A program made the translations under genes and the position numbers. DNA of 64,000 nucleotides from Chromatiaceae bacterium (lineage in GTDB: Bacteria > Pseudomonadota > Gammaproteobacteria > Chromatiales > Chromatiaceae). Location: the NCBI GenBank assembly GCA_024235395.1, contig JACKMK010000001.1, positions 58,445 to 122,444 on the forward strand, written 5' to 3'. Every line of letters starts with the position of its first letter. Position 1 is the stretch's first letter. A model generated the notes under the pieces. It saw nothing but the letters and a program-made list of their open reading frames with translations. It was not told the origin of the DNA and searched no databases. Below are positions 31,479-42,195 of the stretch, piece after piece.

Positions 31479-34400
31479 ATGGTCGAACTCAAGTCCATGT
31501 TGCGAGTCATCAACCGATCTGTGGGACGCGCAATTGTTCGGTTCGTCGCGGCGATGGCATTCGCAGTATCCACCTGCGATGCAGCCTGGATCGATGTCAG
31601 TGACAGCGTCTCGGTGCAGCGCAGCCGTCCACTCTACAACTTCGCCACCAAGACGAGTTATTTCGATGCCTGGCTGGTCAACGGACCACAGGAACGGTCG
31701 GGTGAGCTCCAGCTCGTCATCGATTCGGTGACTCCCTCAGACGTCGAGGTTTCGAACGCAGACGGAGTAACCGAAGACGGGTTCCCTTTTTTTGCCTACG
31801 ATGGCTTGCTTGCAGATCAGACCAGTGGCAAACGACGCATCGAATTGTCCAATCCGCGCCGCCAGCGGTTCGCGTATACGACACAGGTCAGGTCGCTCGA
31901 CGCAAACCAGGCACCGGTCGCCGATGCCGGACCGGATCAGACCGCCTACGTCGGTGACCTGGTGCAGTTGGACGGCGGCGCCTCTAGCGATGCCGAAGGC
32001 GATCTACTCGACTATTTCTGGAATTTTCTGACTCGTCCAGCGGGCAGCCTGGCCACACTGTCCGATCCGAACGCGGTCGGACCGAGCTTTGTGCTCGATG
32101 TCCCTGGGGATTACGCGATCCAGCTCGTCGTCAGCGACGGGCTCTCGGACAGCGCGCCGGATGTGGTCGCTGTCTCGACACTGAACAGCTCACCGGTCGC
32201 CCGTGCCGGCAGCGACCAGAGTGTTTTCGTCGGCGACCTCGTCACGCTCGACGGGAGTGCGTCCAGCGATGCCGACGGCGATACGCTGACCTATCAGTGG
32301 TCTTTCGAGAGCGTGCCGCCCGGCAGCGGTGCATTCCTTACCGACGCGACCGGCACGCGCCCAACGTTCGAAGTCGATCTGGCCGGCGATTACGAATTGC
32401 AACTGGTCGTCAACGACGGTTTCGAGGACAGCAGTCCGGATACCGTGAGGGTGTCGACGCAGAACAGCGCGCCGATCGCACGCGCGGGCGACGATCAGAG
32501 CGCATTCCTCGGCGACACGATTATGCTCGACGGTAGTCTGTCCAGCGACGTCGACGGAGATCTGCTGACTTATAGGTGGTCGCTGATCAGCATACCGCTG
32601 GGTAGCGTCGCAACATTGTCGAATTCCGCGGCGGTCGCGCCGACGTTCGAGATCGACCAGCCCGGTGCGTACGTGGCTCAGTTGATCGTCAACGACGGTG
32701 TGCTGGACAGCACACCGGACACGGTGACGGTTTCGACCGAGAACAGTCCGCCGGTCGCAGAGGCAGGGCCTGACCAATCGGCGTTCGTCGGCGACAACGT
32801 CATGCTCGACGGTAGTGCGTCCTTCGATGCCGACGGCGATGCGCTGTTCTTCACCTGGTCTCTGGTCGGTAAACCGGCAGGCAGCGCCGCGGCCCTTTCG
32901 GATCCGAGCCGGATCGATCCGGGCTTTACAATCGATCTGCCCGGCGACTATGTGGTGCAGCTGGTCGTCAACGACGGTACCGCGGACAGCACGCCGGACA
33001 GTGTCACGATCAGCACGCTGAACTCGCGGCCGGTGGCCGATGCCGGCCCCGACCAGGAAGGCGGCGTTGGCGAAGCGATGGCACTCGACGGTACCGGCTC
33101 GTTCGATGCCGACGGTGACCTGCTCGATTTCGCCTGGTCCCTGCTGTCGCGGCCGGTAACCAGCGGCGCGCTGATCGAGAATGCGGACCTCGCCGTCGCA
33201 TCACTGACGCCAGATGTCGACGGCGACTATGTCGTACAGCTGATCGTTCACGACGGCGAACTGGAAAGCACGCCGGATACCGCGATGCTCTCGATCAGCC
33301 CGGTCGTCGTCAACGATCCGCCCGTGATCACATCTGCGCCGATCACGATTGCACAGGTCGGGGCACTGTACGGCTACGCGGTACAGGCGAGCGATCCGAA
33401 CGGCGACACCTTGGCGTTCTCGCTCGACGAGGCACCCATCGGCATGGACATGGATGCGGTCGACGGTTCGATCAGCTGGACGCCAACTGCCGATCAGACC
33501 GGTGACTTCCCGGTGATCGTGCGCGTCACGGATACCGGTGGTCTCTTCGCAACCCAGAGCTACTCGATATCGGTGCCGGGCTTTGGCGCGCATGCGCCGG
33601 ATCTGTTGCCTCCGGGCGACCGCAGCATCCCGGTAGCACAGGCGTTCTTTGCTCAGCTGTTCGCGGTCGATCTCGATCCCGGCGATACCAGGACCTTCAG
33701 CCTGATCAGTGGGCCGGCCGGTTTGACGGTCAGTGAAACAGGCGTGTTGCAATGGACGCCTGATGTCTCAGCGCTGGGATCGCACCCCGTAGAGGTGTCG
33801 GTCAGGGACGGCGCCGACCAGTCGGATTCGGAGACTTTTTCGATCGACGTCTATGAACCCGTGCTTCCGAGCGCGGTGAATACACCGCCTGTCCTGCTCG
33901 TGCCGGGTGAACAGCCCTTGCTCGTCGGCACCGCGTTGAGCTTGACGGTGGCGGGGTCCGACGCCGATGGCGACAGCATCGAGTTCGCGTTTGCCAACGC
34001 GCCCGCAGGAATGACCATCGATCCGTTGACCGGTGCAATCGCATGGACACCGGACGTCACCGCTGTCGGTCGACATGACGTTGTCATCAAGCTCACCGAC
34101 GTCCGCGGCGCGGCCGACTTCGGCAGCTTCGTGGTCGAGGTGTCGGCAGTCAACGGTGCACCGGTCGCTGCCGACGATGCCTACACGGTCAGGCTCGGTG
34201 ACACGCTGACCGTGCCGGCGCCGGGGGTGCTGCGCAACGATTCGGATCCCGACGATGATCCGCTGACCGCGGCGCTCCACAATCCGCCGCAGAAGGGCAC
34301 GCTGAACCTGGCGGCCGATGGCGGCTTCGAATACACACCGGATGTCCCGGTGATCGAGATCGGGCTGGCGCAGCAGTGCGTCTACTACGATCGTGGCGGA

Positions 34401-37400
34401 TTTGCCGAAGGTACCGCGGTGGGCGATATCGACGGCGACGGCGATGTCGAGATGGTCAGCGTGCTGCGTCCTGCCACCGGGCCGGAGGTTGCCATCGTCG
34501 ATGGCGCGACCTGCGCGGCCGAGGTCGTGCTGCTGGGCGGTGGCGAGGACATCGGTGAGGGTGACCCGGAAGCGACAGTGACGCTCGTCAACCTGGACGA
34601 CGATGCCGATTTGGAGATCGTCGTGCCGTACAGTCGCTGGAACCCCAATGCGGGTGCGGATTTCAGCAGCAACGAAGCGGCCTACTTGATGGCCGTCAAT
34701 CGCGATGGCACACCGGTGTGGAATACGCCCACCCGTCTCTCGGATCCCGTCAGCTACGTGCGAGACAGCAGTGTCGCACCCCGGACGGTCGGTCCGGTAC
34801 CGGTCGATCTCGATGGGGACGGCGACGTCGAGCTGCTGCAGGCCTGGATCGCTGACAGCACGATCATCAACACGGTACGCGCAGCGGTAGTCGCCTATGA
34901 AGGGCGTACAGGTGCGGTGCGTTGGGAATATGTCGGTCCGCCACAGCGGACGTTCGGTACCGGTGTGCCGGCGCGCAGCCCGATCGTGGCCGACCTCGAC
35001 CTGGATGGCAAGATCGAGATCATCTGGAACCACAGTGTGCTGAATGCCGATGGCACGCTGAAGTTCCTGTTGCCGGTCGACGAGTTCACCACCGGTGTCG
35101 CCAATATGCTGGTCGCCGCGGTCGCGAACTTCGACGACGACCCCTATGCGGAGATCGTTGCGTATGATCCCTTTAACCACTATGTGTTCGAACACGACGG
35201 GACACTGAAGTGGAAGATCGAGCGTGACATGGGTTCGGTTTCCGGTTCGGTGCGCGCCTATTCCCTGATCACCGTGGCCCAGCTCGACGACGACAGCCCA
35301 CCGGAATACGTCGTGATGCGCCGCGGCACGGGAACGGTGGCTTGGGCCCTGTATGCCTACGATACCGACGGCAGCGAGTTGTGGAACCAGTTCGACCTGG
35401 GCCTGTCGATCGAAAACCAGGAACTGAGCGCGGTGGCACCGGCCGCGTTCGACTTCGATCGCGATGGCATCGATGAAATCGTCTTGCAGCACCCGGGTGG
35501 TGAAGGTGGTAGCCTGCCAGAGCCCGGGCTCTACATCCTGTCGGGTGAGGACGGCTCGATCATCGCCCAGGACCCCACGGGCCTGCTGCCGGGGCGACCC
35601 GCAGAGCCGGTCACGATCGCCGATATCGACGGTGACGGTGCGGCCGAGATCATCGGCTCGCATGTCTACCCGTCCGGTGGCGGCGGTGAATTGCGCGTGT
35701 TCGAGGGCCTGCCCGGTAACCCGTTCCCGGCGGCCCGGCCGATCCGCAACCATTCCAATTACCAGCCGACGCATGTCAACGCCGACGGATCCATCCCAAC
35801 CTACATCCGGCCGCACTGGCTGATCCCGGGCCTGAACAAGTTCTTCGCCACGCCGATCATCCCGGGCGAGGATGGGGTCGAGGCCGACACGTTCAGCTAT
35901 GTCGCCAATGACGGCGAGTTGGATTCCAACGAGGCGACCGTCACGATCGAGCTGACGACCTTCGGTGCGCCGGAGATCGTCTCGCAACCGATCCTCGGTG
36001 CGTCGCCCGGTTTCGCCTATGAGTACGGTGCGCTGGCGATCGATCCCGATGTCGGCGACGAGTTGACCTGGGCGCTGGTCGACGGGCCTGACGGCATGAC
36101 CATGGATCGGTTCGGCATCGTGCGCTGGACACCGGCGGCGGCCGATCTCGGCACCAACCGCGTCCAGATCGTCGTGACCGACAGCAACGGCAACAACGAT
36201 AGCCAGATCTTCAACGTCAATGTCGAAGGCGCCGCCGAGGTGCCGTCGGTGATCGGCCAGGATCAAGCGACCGCCGAGAGCACGATCGCCGGCGTCGGCC
36301 TGGTGACCGGCGCGGTGCGAGAGCGTTTCGATCCGGCTGTTGCCGTCGGCTTGGTTGCGGCACAGGATCCGGTGGCCGGCACGGTGGCACCGGCCGGTGC
36401 GTCAGTCAGTATCACCCTGTCGCTCGGGCCTTCACCGGCCGACATCGACGATGACGGCGATGGCTTCAGCGAAAACCAGGGCGATTGTGCCGATGACGAC
36501 CCGAGCCGTTTCCCGGGTGCTGTGGACTCACCTGGAGACGACATCGACCAGAACTGTGACGGTGCCGATGCGACACTGCCGATCGTCGACCTGGTCATCG
36601 AACCTGCGATATCCGAAGTGTTGACGGGGCAGACGGTTCGCCACGCGGCGACCGGCATCTTCGACAACGGCACCAGCCAGAGCATTACCGATCTCGCGGC
36701 CTGGACCAACGGACCAGTGTTCTCGTCCGGTGTCGCCGGCAGCTTCGAGGTCAGTGCAAGCCGCGATGGCGTCACCGCGACCGCGACGGTCAACGTACGT
36801 GACCGTGTACCGGGCGACGATACGCCACCGCTCGCAGAGATCACCGGCCCTGAGGGCAACGCGACCATCACCGCGCCGACCGACATCGTCGGCACGGCCA
36901 GCGACGCGAACCTGCTGAAGTACGAACTGGCCTATGCAGTCGCCGGGAGCGACGACTTCACGACCTTCGCGAGCAGTACCACGCCGGTCACCGATGGCGT
37001 GCTGGGCCAGTTCGACCCGAGCCTGCTGATCAACGACCTCTACACGATCCGCCTGACCGCGTATGACCGTGGTGGAAACATCACGATCGACGAGACGACC
37101 GTGCAGGTGGATGGCGATCTAAAGGTGGGCAACTTCACGCTGCGCTTCGCCGACCTGACGATCCCGATGTCCGGTATTCCGATCACCGTGACGCGCACCT
37201 ACGACAGCCGCGAGCAGCGAAGTGGCGACTTTGGCTACGGCTGGTCGCTGGACGTCAACACGCTGCGACTGAGCACCAGTCGCGTGCTGGGTACCGGGTG
37301 GGAAGTCCTGAAATCCGGTCTTGCGTACAGACTCGTGCCTACCGATGCTCATACCGTCAGCGTGACGATGCCCGACGGTCACGTAGAACAGTTCGACATG

Positions 37401-40400
37401 GTTGTCGCGCCGTCGAACTCGGCGATCGTCCCGTTCCCGCCATTGACGCAGTCGGTGCGTTACCAGCCCCGGCCCGGCACCTTGGGCCAGTTGGCGAGCC
37501 TCGACGAAAACTTCGTCAGTATTCTCGACCCGCAGCCCGGCGTCATCGACCTGCGACGTGACAGCGATGGTCGTGTCTACGAACCGCAACGATTCCGCTA
37601 TACAGCCGCGGACGGCACCCGGATCGACATCCACAAGACCTCAGGGGTCGAGCGCATTGTCGACCCGAATGGCAACACGCTGACATTCAGCGAAAATGGC
37701 ATCACACACTCGGCTGGCAAGTCGGTCGTGTTCGATCGTGATGTTCAGGGGCGGATCACCCGGATCACCGACCCGGTCGGTAACGTACGGTCCTACGATT
37801 ACGATGCGAACGGCGACCTGCGCAGTCATACCGACGGCGAAGGCAACGCGACCCAATTCACATATGATTGGCGGCATGGCCTGATCGAAATTGTCGATCC
37901 GCTCGGCCGGCCGCTCGCGCGCAACGAATATGACGATGACGGGCGACTGGTTCGCAGCACCACCGCGGACGGTCGGGTGATCGATTTCGCACACGACATC
38001 GGCGCGCGCCAGGAGGTGCTCACGGAAGCCGATGGCAGCGTCACCGTGATGGAGTACGACGAGCGCGGCAATATCCTCCGCACGACCGACCCGCTGGGAC
38101 GTGTGACCACGAATACCTATGACGCCGACGACAATCTGCTCGGTACGACTGACCCGTTGGGCAATACCATCACGCAGACGTTCGACGCGCGTCGTAACCG
38201 ACTCACGGTGACCAATGCGCTCGGACATACGACCACGCTGGCGTACAACGATCAGGACCACGTCACCTCGATCACCGATCCGCTCGGTCGCACGACGCGC
38301 TTTGCCTATGATGCCCGCGGTAACCGCATCTCCGTGACGGATGCGCTGGGGAACGTCACGGCTCATGCCTACGATGCGCGGGGAAGCCGGATCGCGACAA
38401 CCGACGCGTTGGGTAACACGATACAGCTGGAGTACAGCGCGGCAGGTAACCTGGAGGTTCGAACCGATGCGCTCGGGAACAGCGAGACACTGAGTTATGA
38501 CGCAAACAGCAGGTTGATCGGCGACACCAATCGGCTCGGACATAGATCCGTACTCCGGTTGGATGCTCGTGGTCTTTCTGTCGGTGGCGATGACCCGGCT
38601 GGTCGGTCCATGACGTTCGTTTGGAATGCGGCCGGTAAACTCGAAACCGTGATTGATCCGGCGGGTGCTGCTACGCAGCAAGCGCTCAATGCGGCCGGCA
38701 AGGAGATCGCGTTCACCGATGCATCGGGTCAGCGCACCGAGCGGACCTATGATCTGAGAGGGCGCTTGGCGTCGATCGTCGATCCACTGGGACGGACAAC
38801 GTCGTTCGGTTACGACGCCGCGGGGCAGCGCACCAACGCAACGTCTCCGGACGGCGGTGTCAATCAGACGCGCTACGATGCCGTGGGGCGTATCGCCGAA
38901 CTCGAAGACGCGTTGGGCCGCATCATGCGATACGAATACGATGCGGCGGGACGCAACACCAAAGTCATCGATCCGTTGGGCAACGAGACCCGCTACGCGT
39001 ACGACGCGGTCGGCAACCAGATCAGCATGACCGACGCGCGCGGCAACGTATTCGAGTACGCCTATGACGTGCTCGGGCGCAAGGTTCGCACCACCTTCCC
39101 GGACGGCAGTTTCATCGAGACCGGCTACGACGCCGTTGGTCGCGTCATCAGTGAAACGGATGCCTTGGGCCGGACCACGACCTATGCTTACGATGCCAAC
39201 AGCAATCTGGTGCAGGTCACAGATCCTGCCGGCGCGCAGACCCGCTTCGTCTACGATGCCGAAGACAAGCTCGTCAGTCAGACCGATGCGCGCGGACACG
39301 TCACAACCTTCGCATATGATGTCAACGGTCGCCAGATCGCCAAGACCTATCCGGACGGCACGACCGAGACGCAGAGCTACGATCTGGCCGGCAATGTCGC
39401 CTCGCAGACCGACCCGAATGGAGATACCACGGTCCTCGCGTACGACGCAAACGGTCGGCTGACCCGCAAGGTCTTTGCCGACGGCAGCGAGGAGACCTAT
39501 ACCCACAGCGCGACCGGGCGCACCCTCGTGGCGGGTAACGCGAACGGCGATGTCACATTCGAGTACGACCTCAACGACCGGCTGACCGGGTTGGAGAACC
39601 CGGACGGAAGTGCCATCGCGTATACCTACGATCTTGCCGGCAACCGGACCAGCGATACGATTCGAAGCGCGCTGGGTGCACCGGCGCGGACTACGCACTA
39701 CACCTACGACGATCTCAACCGGATCGAGACGGTCACCGATCCGGACGGGCAGATCATCACCTATGGCTACGACGCGAATGGCAATCTAGCGAGTATCGAC
39801 TATCCGAACGGGGTGACCTCAACGTTCGCCTACGACAGCAACAACCGCCTCGAAGTGCTCACCCACTCCAATGCCACGAGCACCCTGGCGCGTTACGCCT
39901 ATGACGTCAACGCAGTCGGCGACCGGACACGTGTCACCGAGATGAATGGCAGCTGGGTGGACTATGCGTACGACGATATGCGTCGACTCGTCAGGGAAAG
40001 CCACTTCGACAGCAGTGGAGTCAAGCAGTTCGAGCTGCTGTACGAATACGATTTGGTCGGCAACCGCACCGCGCTGATCGACATTCGGGGCGACAGGACG
40101 GTGTTGAGTTATGACGCCGCCGACAAGCTGCTTGCCGCGGGCGGTGACACATTCGACTACGACGCGAACGGCAACCTGCGCTCGAGAAACGGCGCAGGCG
40201 GTCTGACCGCCTATCAGTACGACCGCGAGAACCAGCTGGTCGGCGCATCGACGCCGCTTGCGGATATCGCCTACGCCTATGACGCGAACGGCGAACGTGT
40301 CCGGCGTGACGACGGCGTGGCGGCGACGCGTTATCTGGTCGACCCGGTCAGCACGACCGGCTATTCGCAGGTCCTTGCCGACTACGAAGCCGGTGGGATT

Positions 40401-41525
40401 GCCGCGCAATACGTGTTCGGTAGCGGGCTCCTGAGTCGCCACGATGCAGCGCAGAGCCAGTTCTTCCACAGCGACGCGAGTCGTAACGTGCGCCTGCTGA
40501 CGGATGACGCAGGACAGACGTCAGACAGTTACCGCTACAGCGCGTTCGGCGAGGTCATCGAGCGCACCGGCGGCACGGCCAATCCACACACCTTCGCCGG
40601 TGAGCGCTACGATTCGGCGACCTCGCTGACCTACCTGCGTGCGCGCTACTACGACCCGTCCACCGGGCGCTTCGTCAGCCGCGATCCGTTCGGTGGCATG
40701 TTGCGTGACCCGGTGTCGCTGCACCGCTACCTGTACAGCCACGCCAATCCGGTCGCGTTTTCCGACCCGAGCGGGTTGGTGACCTTGGCGGAGGTGAAGG
40801 TCAGTACCTTCATCGGGGCAACAGTCGGCGGCATATCGTCTTACATTTCGGCTCGCTTGGCGGGTAAGAAAGGATTGGCGCTGATCTCAGAAACGATTAT
40901 CGGCGCAGCCTTCGGAGCGATCGGTGGCGCCTATGGCACGGCTCTGTCGAAGGCGTTTGCCGAATCCAAGATGATCATGACGCTGCTGCGCAACCCTGCC
41001 GTTGCGAAGTTCGCGGGGCGTCTGGTCTATGCCATCCCGGTCACTTTTCTTAATTTCCTCGAAGACCTCAGCAAAGGCCTTAGCAGTGGGGAGGCGCAAG
41101 AAAAGGGCTGGGATTATGCCTGGAGCCTGGCCGAGGTCACGGCTGCAAACCTTTTCGTCAATGCCTTGCTCGGCCCAGGACTTTCGACAGCAGGAGTCGG
41201 CGACGATGTGGTCGCAGCGGCGGGGCCCACTGGTCGGTTCGCCATCGAAGGAGCGCAAGGGACGCTGGAGATCTTTGGCGACGCGGCACAAAGGTCGCGC
41301 GCCATCCGGACGGCGGCGCTTGTTGAAGGGACGAAGCTGGGGATCGGAGACGGTACCGGATTGCGCATTCTGCGCCACGTAGGCGGAGAAGCATGGAAGG
41401 CGCTGGAAGACGCACCCAAGAAATATCTAGAAGAAGCGATCGGAGCGCTCTTGACGTTCTCCTGGGAGATGACAAAGCTGTTCGTCTCAGTGGCACCTGA
41501 CCGTGCGTACGGCAACATCAAGTGA
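31479..41525 (+). CDS. Giant secreted RHS/YD-repeat protein (~3348 aa) with PKD-like, Ig, FG-GAP propeller, PASTA-like and Ca-binding modules
   Basis: Signal peptide; 5 x PVAxAGxDQ repeats; DIDGDG FG-GAP motifs; many YD/DPLG repeats; RARYYDPSTGRFVSRDP...DPSG core. Confidence 0.93.
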   Translation: MVELKSMLRVINRSVGRAIVRFVAAMAFAVSTCDAAWIDVSDSVSVQRSRPLYNFATKTSYFDAWLVNGPQERSGELQLVIDSVTPSDVEVSNADGVTEDGFPFFAYDGLLADQTSGKRRIELSNPRRQRFAYTTQVRSLDANQAPVADAGPDQTAYVGDLVQLDGGASSDAEGDLLDYFWNFLTRPAGSLATLSDPNAVGPSFVLDVPGDYAIQLVVSDGLSDSAPDVVAVSTLNSSPVARAGSDQSVFVGDLVTLDGSASSDADGDTLTYQWSFESVPPGSGAFLTDATGTRPTFEVDLAGDYELQLVVNDGFEDSSPDTVRVSTQNSAPIARAGDDQSAFLGDTIMLDGSLSSDVDGDLLTYRWSLISIPLGSVATLSNSAAVAPTFEIDQPGAYVAQLIVNDGVLDSTPDTVTVSTENSPPVAEAGPDQSAFVGDNVMLDGSASFDADGDALFFTWSLVGKPAGSAAALSDPSRIDPGFTIDLPGDYVVQLVVNDGTADSTPDSVTISTLNSRPVADAGPDQEGGVGEAMALDGTGSFDADGDLLDFAWSLLSRPVTSGALIENADLAVASLTPDVDGDYVVQLIVHDGELESTPDTAMLSISPVVVNDPPVITSAPITIAQVGALYGYAVQASDPNGDTLAFSLDEAPIGMDMDAVDGSISWTPTADQTGDFPVIVRVTDTGGLFATQSYSISVPGFGAHAPDLLPPGDRSIPVAQAFFAQLFAVDLDPGDTRTFSLISGPAGLTVSETGVLQWTPDVSALGSHPVEVSVRDGADQSDSETFSIDVYEPVLPSAVNTPPVLLVPGEQPLLVGTALSLTVAGSDADGDSIEFAFANAPAGMTIDPLTGAIAWTPDVTAVGRHDVVIKLTDVRGAADFGSFVVEVSAVNGAPVAADDAYTVRLGDTLTVPAPGVLRNDSDPDDDPLTAALHNPPQKGTLNLAADGGFEYTPDVPVIEIGLAQQCVYYDRGGFAEGTAVGDIDGDGDVEMVSVLRPATGPEVAIVDGATCAAEVVLLGGGEDIGEGDPEATVTLVNLDDDADLEIVVPYSRWNPNAGADFSSNEAAYLMAVNRDGTPVWNTPTRLSDPVSYVRDSSVAPRTVGPVPVDLDGDGDVELLQAWIADSTIINTVRAAVVAYEGRTGAVRWEYVGPPQRTFGTGVPARSPIVADLDLDGKIEIIWNHSVLNADGTLKFLLPVDEFTTGVANMLVAAVANFDDDPYAEIVAYDPFNHYVFEHDGTLKWKIERDMGSVSGSVRAYSLITVAQLDDDSPPEYVVMRRGTGTVAWALYAYDTDGSELWNQFDLGLSIENQELSAVAPAAFDFDRDGIDEIVLQHPGGEGGSLPEPGLYILSGEDGSIIAQDPTGLLPGRPAEPVTIADIDGDGAAEIIGSHVYPSGGGGELRVFEGLPGNPFPAARPIRNHSNYQPTHVNADGSIPTYIRPHWLIPGLNKFFATPIIPGEDGVEADTFSYVANDGELDSNEATVTIELTTFGAPEIVSQPILGASPGFAYEYGALAIDPDVGDELTWALVDGPDGMTMDRFGIVRWTPAAADLGTNRVQIVVTDSNGNNDSQIFNVNVEGAAEVPSVIGQDQATAESTIAGVGLVTGAVRERFDPAVAVGLVAAQDPVAGTVAPAGASVSITLSLGPSPADIDDDGDGFSENQGDCADDDPSRFPGAVDSPGDDIDQNCDGADATLPIVDLVIEPAISEVLTGQTVRHAATGIFDNGTSQSITDLAAWTNGPVFSSGVAGSFEVSASRDGVTATATVNVRDRVPGDDTPPLAEITGPEGNATITAPTDIVGTASDANLLKYELAYAVAGSDDFTTFASSTTPVTDGVLGQFDPSLLINDLYTIRLTAYDRGGNITIDETTVQVDGDLKVGNFTLRFADLTIPMSGIPITVTRTYDSREQRSGDFGYGWSLDVNTLRLSTSRVLGTGWEVLKSGLAYRLVPTDAHTVSVTMPDGHVEQFDMVVAPSNSAIVPFPPLTQSVRYQPRPGTLGQLASLDENFVSILDPQPGVIDLRRDSDGRVYEPQRFRYTAADGTRIDIHKTSGVERIVDPNGNTLTFSENGITHSAGKSVVFDRDVQGRITRITDPVGNVRSYDYDANGDLRSHTDGEGNATQFTYDWRHGLIEIVDPLGRPLARNEYDDDGRLVRSTTADGRVIDFAHDIGARQEVLTEADGSVTVMEYDERGNILRTTDPLGRVTTNTYDADDNLLGTTDPLGNTITQTFDARRNRLTVTNALGHTTTLAYNDQDHVTSITDPLGRTTRFAYDARGNRISVTDALGNVTAHAYDARGSRIATTDALGNTIQLEYSAAGNLEVRTDALGNSETLSYDANSRLIGDTNRLGHRSVLRLDARGLSVGGDDPAGRSMTFVWNAAGKLETVIDPAGAATQQALNAAGKEIAFTDASGQRTERTYDLRGRLASIVDPLGRTTSFGYDAAGQRTNATSPDGGVNQTRYDAVGRIAELEDALGRIMRYEYDAAGRNTKVIDPLGNETRYAYDAVGNQISMTDARGNVFEYAYDVLGRKVRTTFPDGSFIETGYDAVGRVISETDALGRTTTYAYDANSNLVQVTDPAGAQTRFVYDAEDKLVSQTDARGHVTTFAYDVNGRQIAKTYPDGTTETQSYDLAGNVASQTDPNGDTTVLAYDANGRLTRKVFADGSEETYTHSATGRTLVAGNANGDVTFEYDLNDRLTGLENPDGSAIAYTYDLAGNRTSDTIRSALGAPARTTHYTYDDLNRIETVTDPDGQIITYGYDANGNLASIDYPNGVTSTFAYDSNNRLEVLTHSNATSTLARYAYDVNAVGDRTRVTEMNGSWVDYAYDDMRRLVRESHFDSSGVKQFELLYEYDLVGNRTALIDIRGDRTVLSYDAADKLLAAGGDTFDYDANGNLRSRNGAGGLTAYQYDRENQLVGASTPLADIAYAYDANGERVRRDDGVAATRYLVDPVSTTGYSQVLADYEAGGIAAQYVFGSGLLSRHDAAQSQFFHSDASRNVRLLTDDAGQTSDSYRYSAFGEVIERTGGTANPHTFAGERYDSATSLTYLRARYYDPSTGRFVSRDPFGGMLRDPVSLHRYLYSHANPVAFSDPSGLVTLAEVKVSTFIGATVGGISSYISARLAGKKGLALISETIIGAAFGAIGGAYGTALSKAFAESKMIMTLLRNPAVAKFAGRLVYAIPVTFLNFLEDLSKGLSSGEAQEKGWDYAWSLAEVTAANLFVNALLGPGLSTAGVGDDVVAAAGPTGRFAIEGAQGTLEIFGDAAQRSRAIRTAALVEGTKLGIGDGTGLRILRHVGGEAWKALEDAPKKYLEEAIGALLTFSWEMTKLFVSVAPDRAYGNIK
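31905..33300 (+). repeat. Five tandem ~97-aa PKD/REJ-like coding repeats
   Basis: N..PVA.AG.DQ...VGD.V.LDGS.S.D.DGD.L...W repeated five times. Confidence 0.85.
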
Positions 41526-42195
41526 TCGATGGCTGATCAGGCAGGCTCCAACCCGGAAGGAAACTATAGCAATCGCGCTTGAGGTGCCATTTGCTGGCGA
41601 AGTCGCGCCGGGAAACGGGTCTGGGTGTGCCGCGTAGACGTCTTTTCGGGCCGGTGAGGCCGTACCCGCACCCTTGAACTCATCGGGCGGATGCACCAGC
41701 AGGGTTGGGCTATACGTCTCGGCCACTCGATCCTTTCGCAGCTTGGCGACGCCAAGCGCTACGTGATCGTAGCGTAGATCGAGCCACGAATTCACGGTGA
41801 TGCGTCTTCAATAGTCCGCAACGCGACGGAGGTGCAAGTTGGATGCGCCTGCAGCCGGTGTCTCCTGATCGGCCGAAGCTGCGGGTGGAGGTTCAATCTA
41901 GCGTCGACCGCAATGGGCCGTTCGCCGGACATAGGCCAGCATCTCCAATCGAACCACAGCTTTCTGATTCCCCATCTGGCAGATGTCGACCCGTTGCGGA
42001 CGTCGGTTGCAAACGCAACGCGGTATTTCAGCGGGCCTCTATGCACTTGACTCACGTGTACTGCAAGACGAGGCAGATACCGATCTCAAGCAAACCTTGG
42101 GGAAGTAAGACGCCGCATACTGGATGCGACCCCACCTTGCGGGCGCCACGGAGCTCCGCTTTGGCCGCCCGCTTGGCACGTCGATGCCCGAAGAA

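Noticed and set aside
38480-38760. Tyr-poor, divergent YD repeats inside the RHS shell as a recombined patch
   Set aside because: The reading frame and repeat period are maintained; cannot be told apart from normal repeat variation without an alignment.
17295-39698. Long ORFs 17295-19343(+), 20107-21993(+), 33768-36266(-) and 37641-39698(-)
   Set aside because: Antisense shadows of well-supported genes, typical of high-GC codon bias; no motifs.
37700-40400. Periodic gatccgctcgg/gacccgttggg-like repeats as a CRISPR array
   Set aside because: They are in-frame YD/DPLG codon repeats inside the RHS gene, not identical repeats with unique spacers.
41526-42195. Short ORFs after the RHS gene as immunity genes or IS remnants
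   Set aside because: They are on the opposite strand or lack motifs; no terminal inverted repeats or transposase signature seen.
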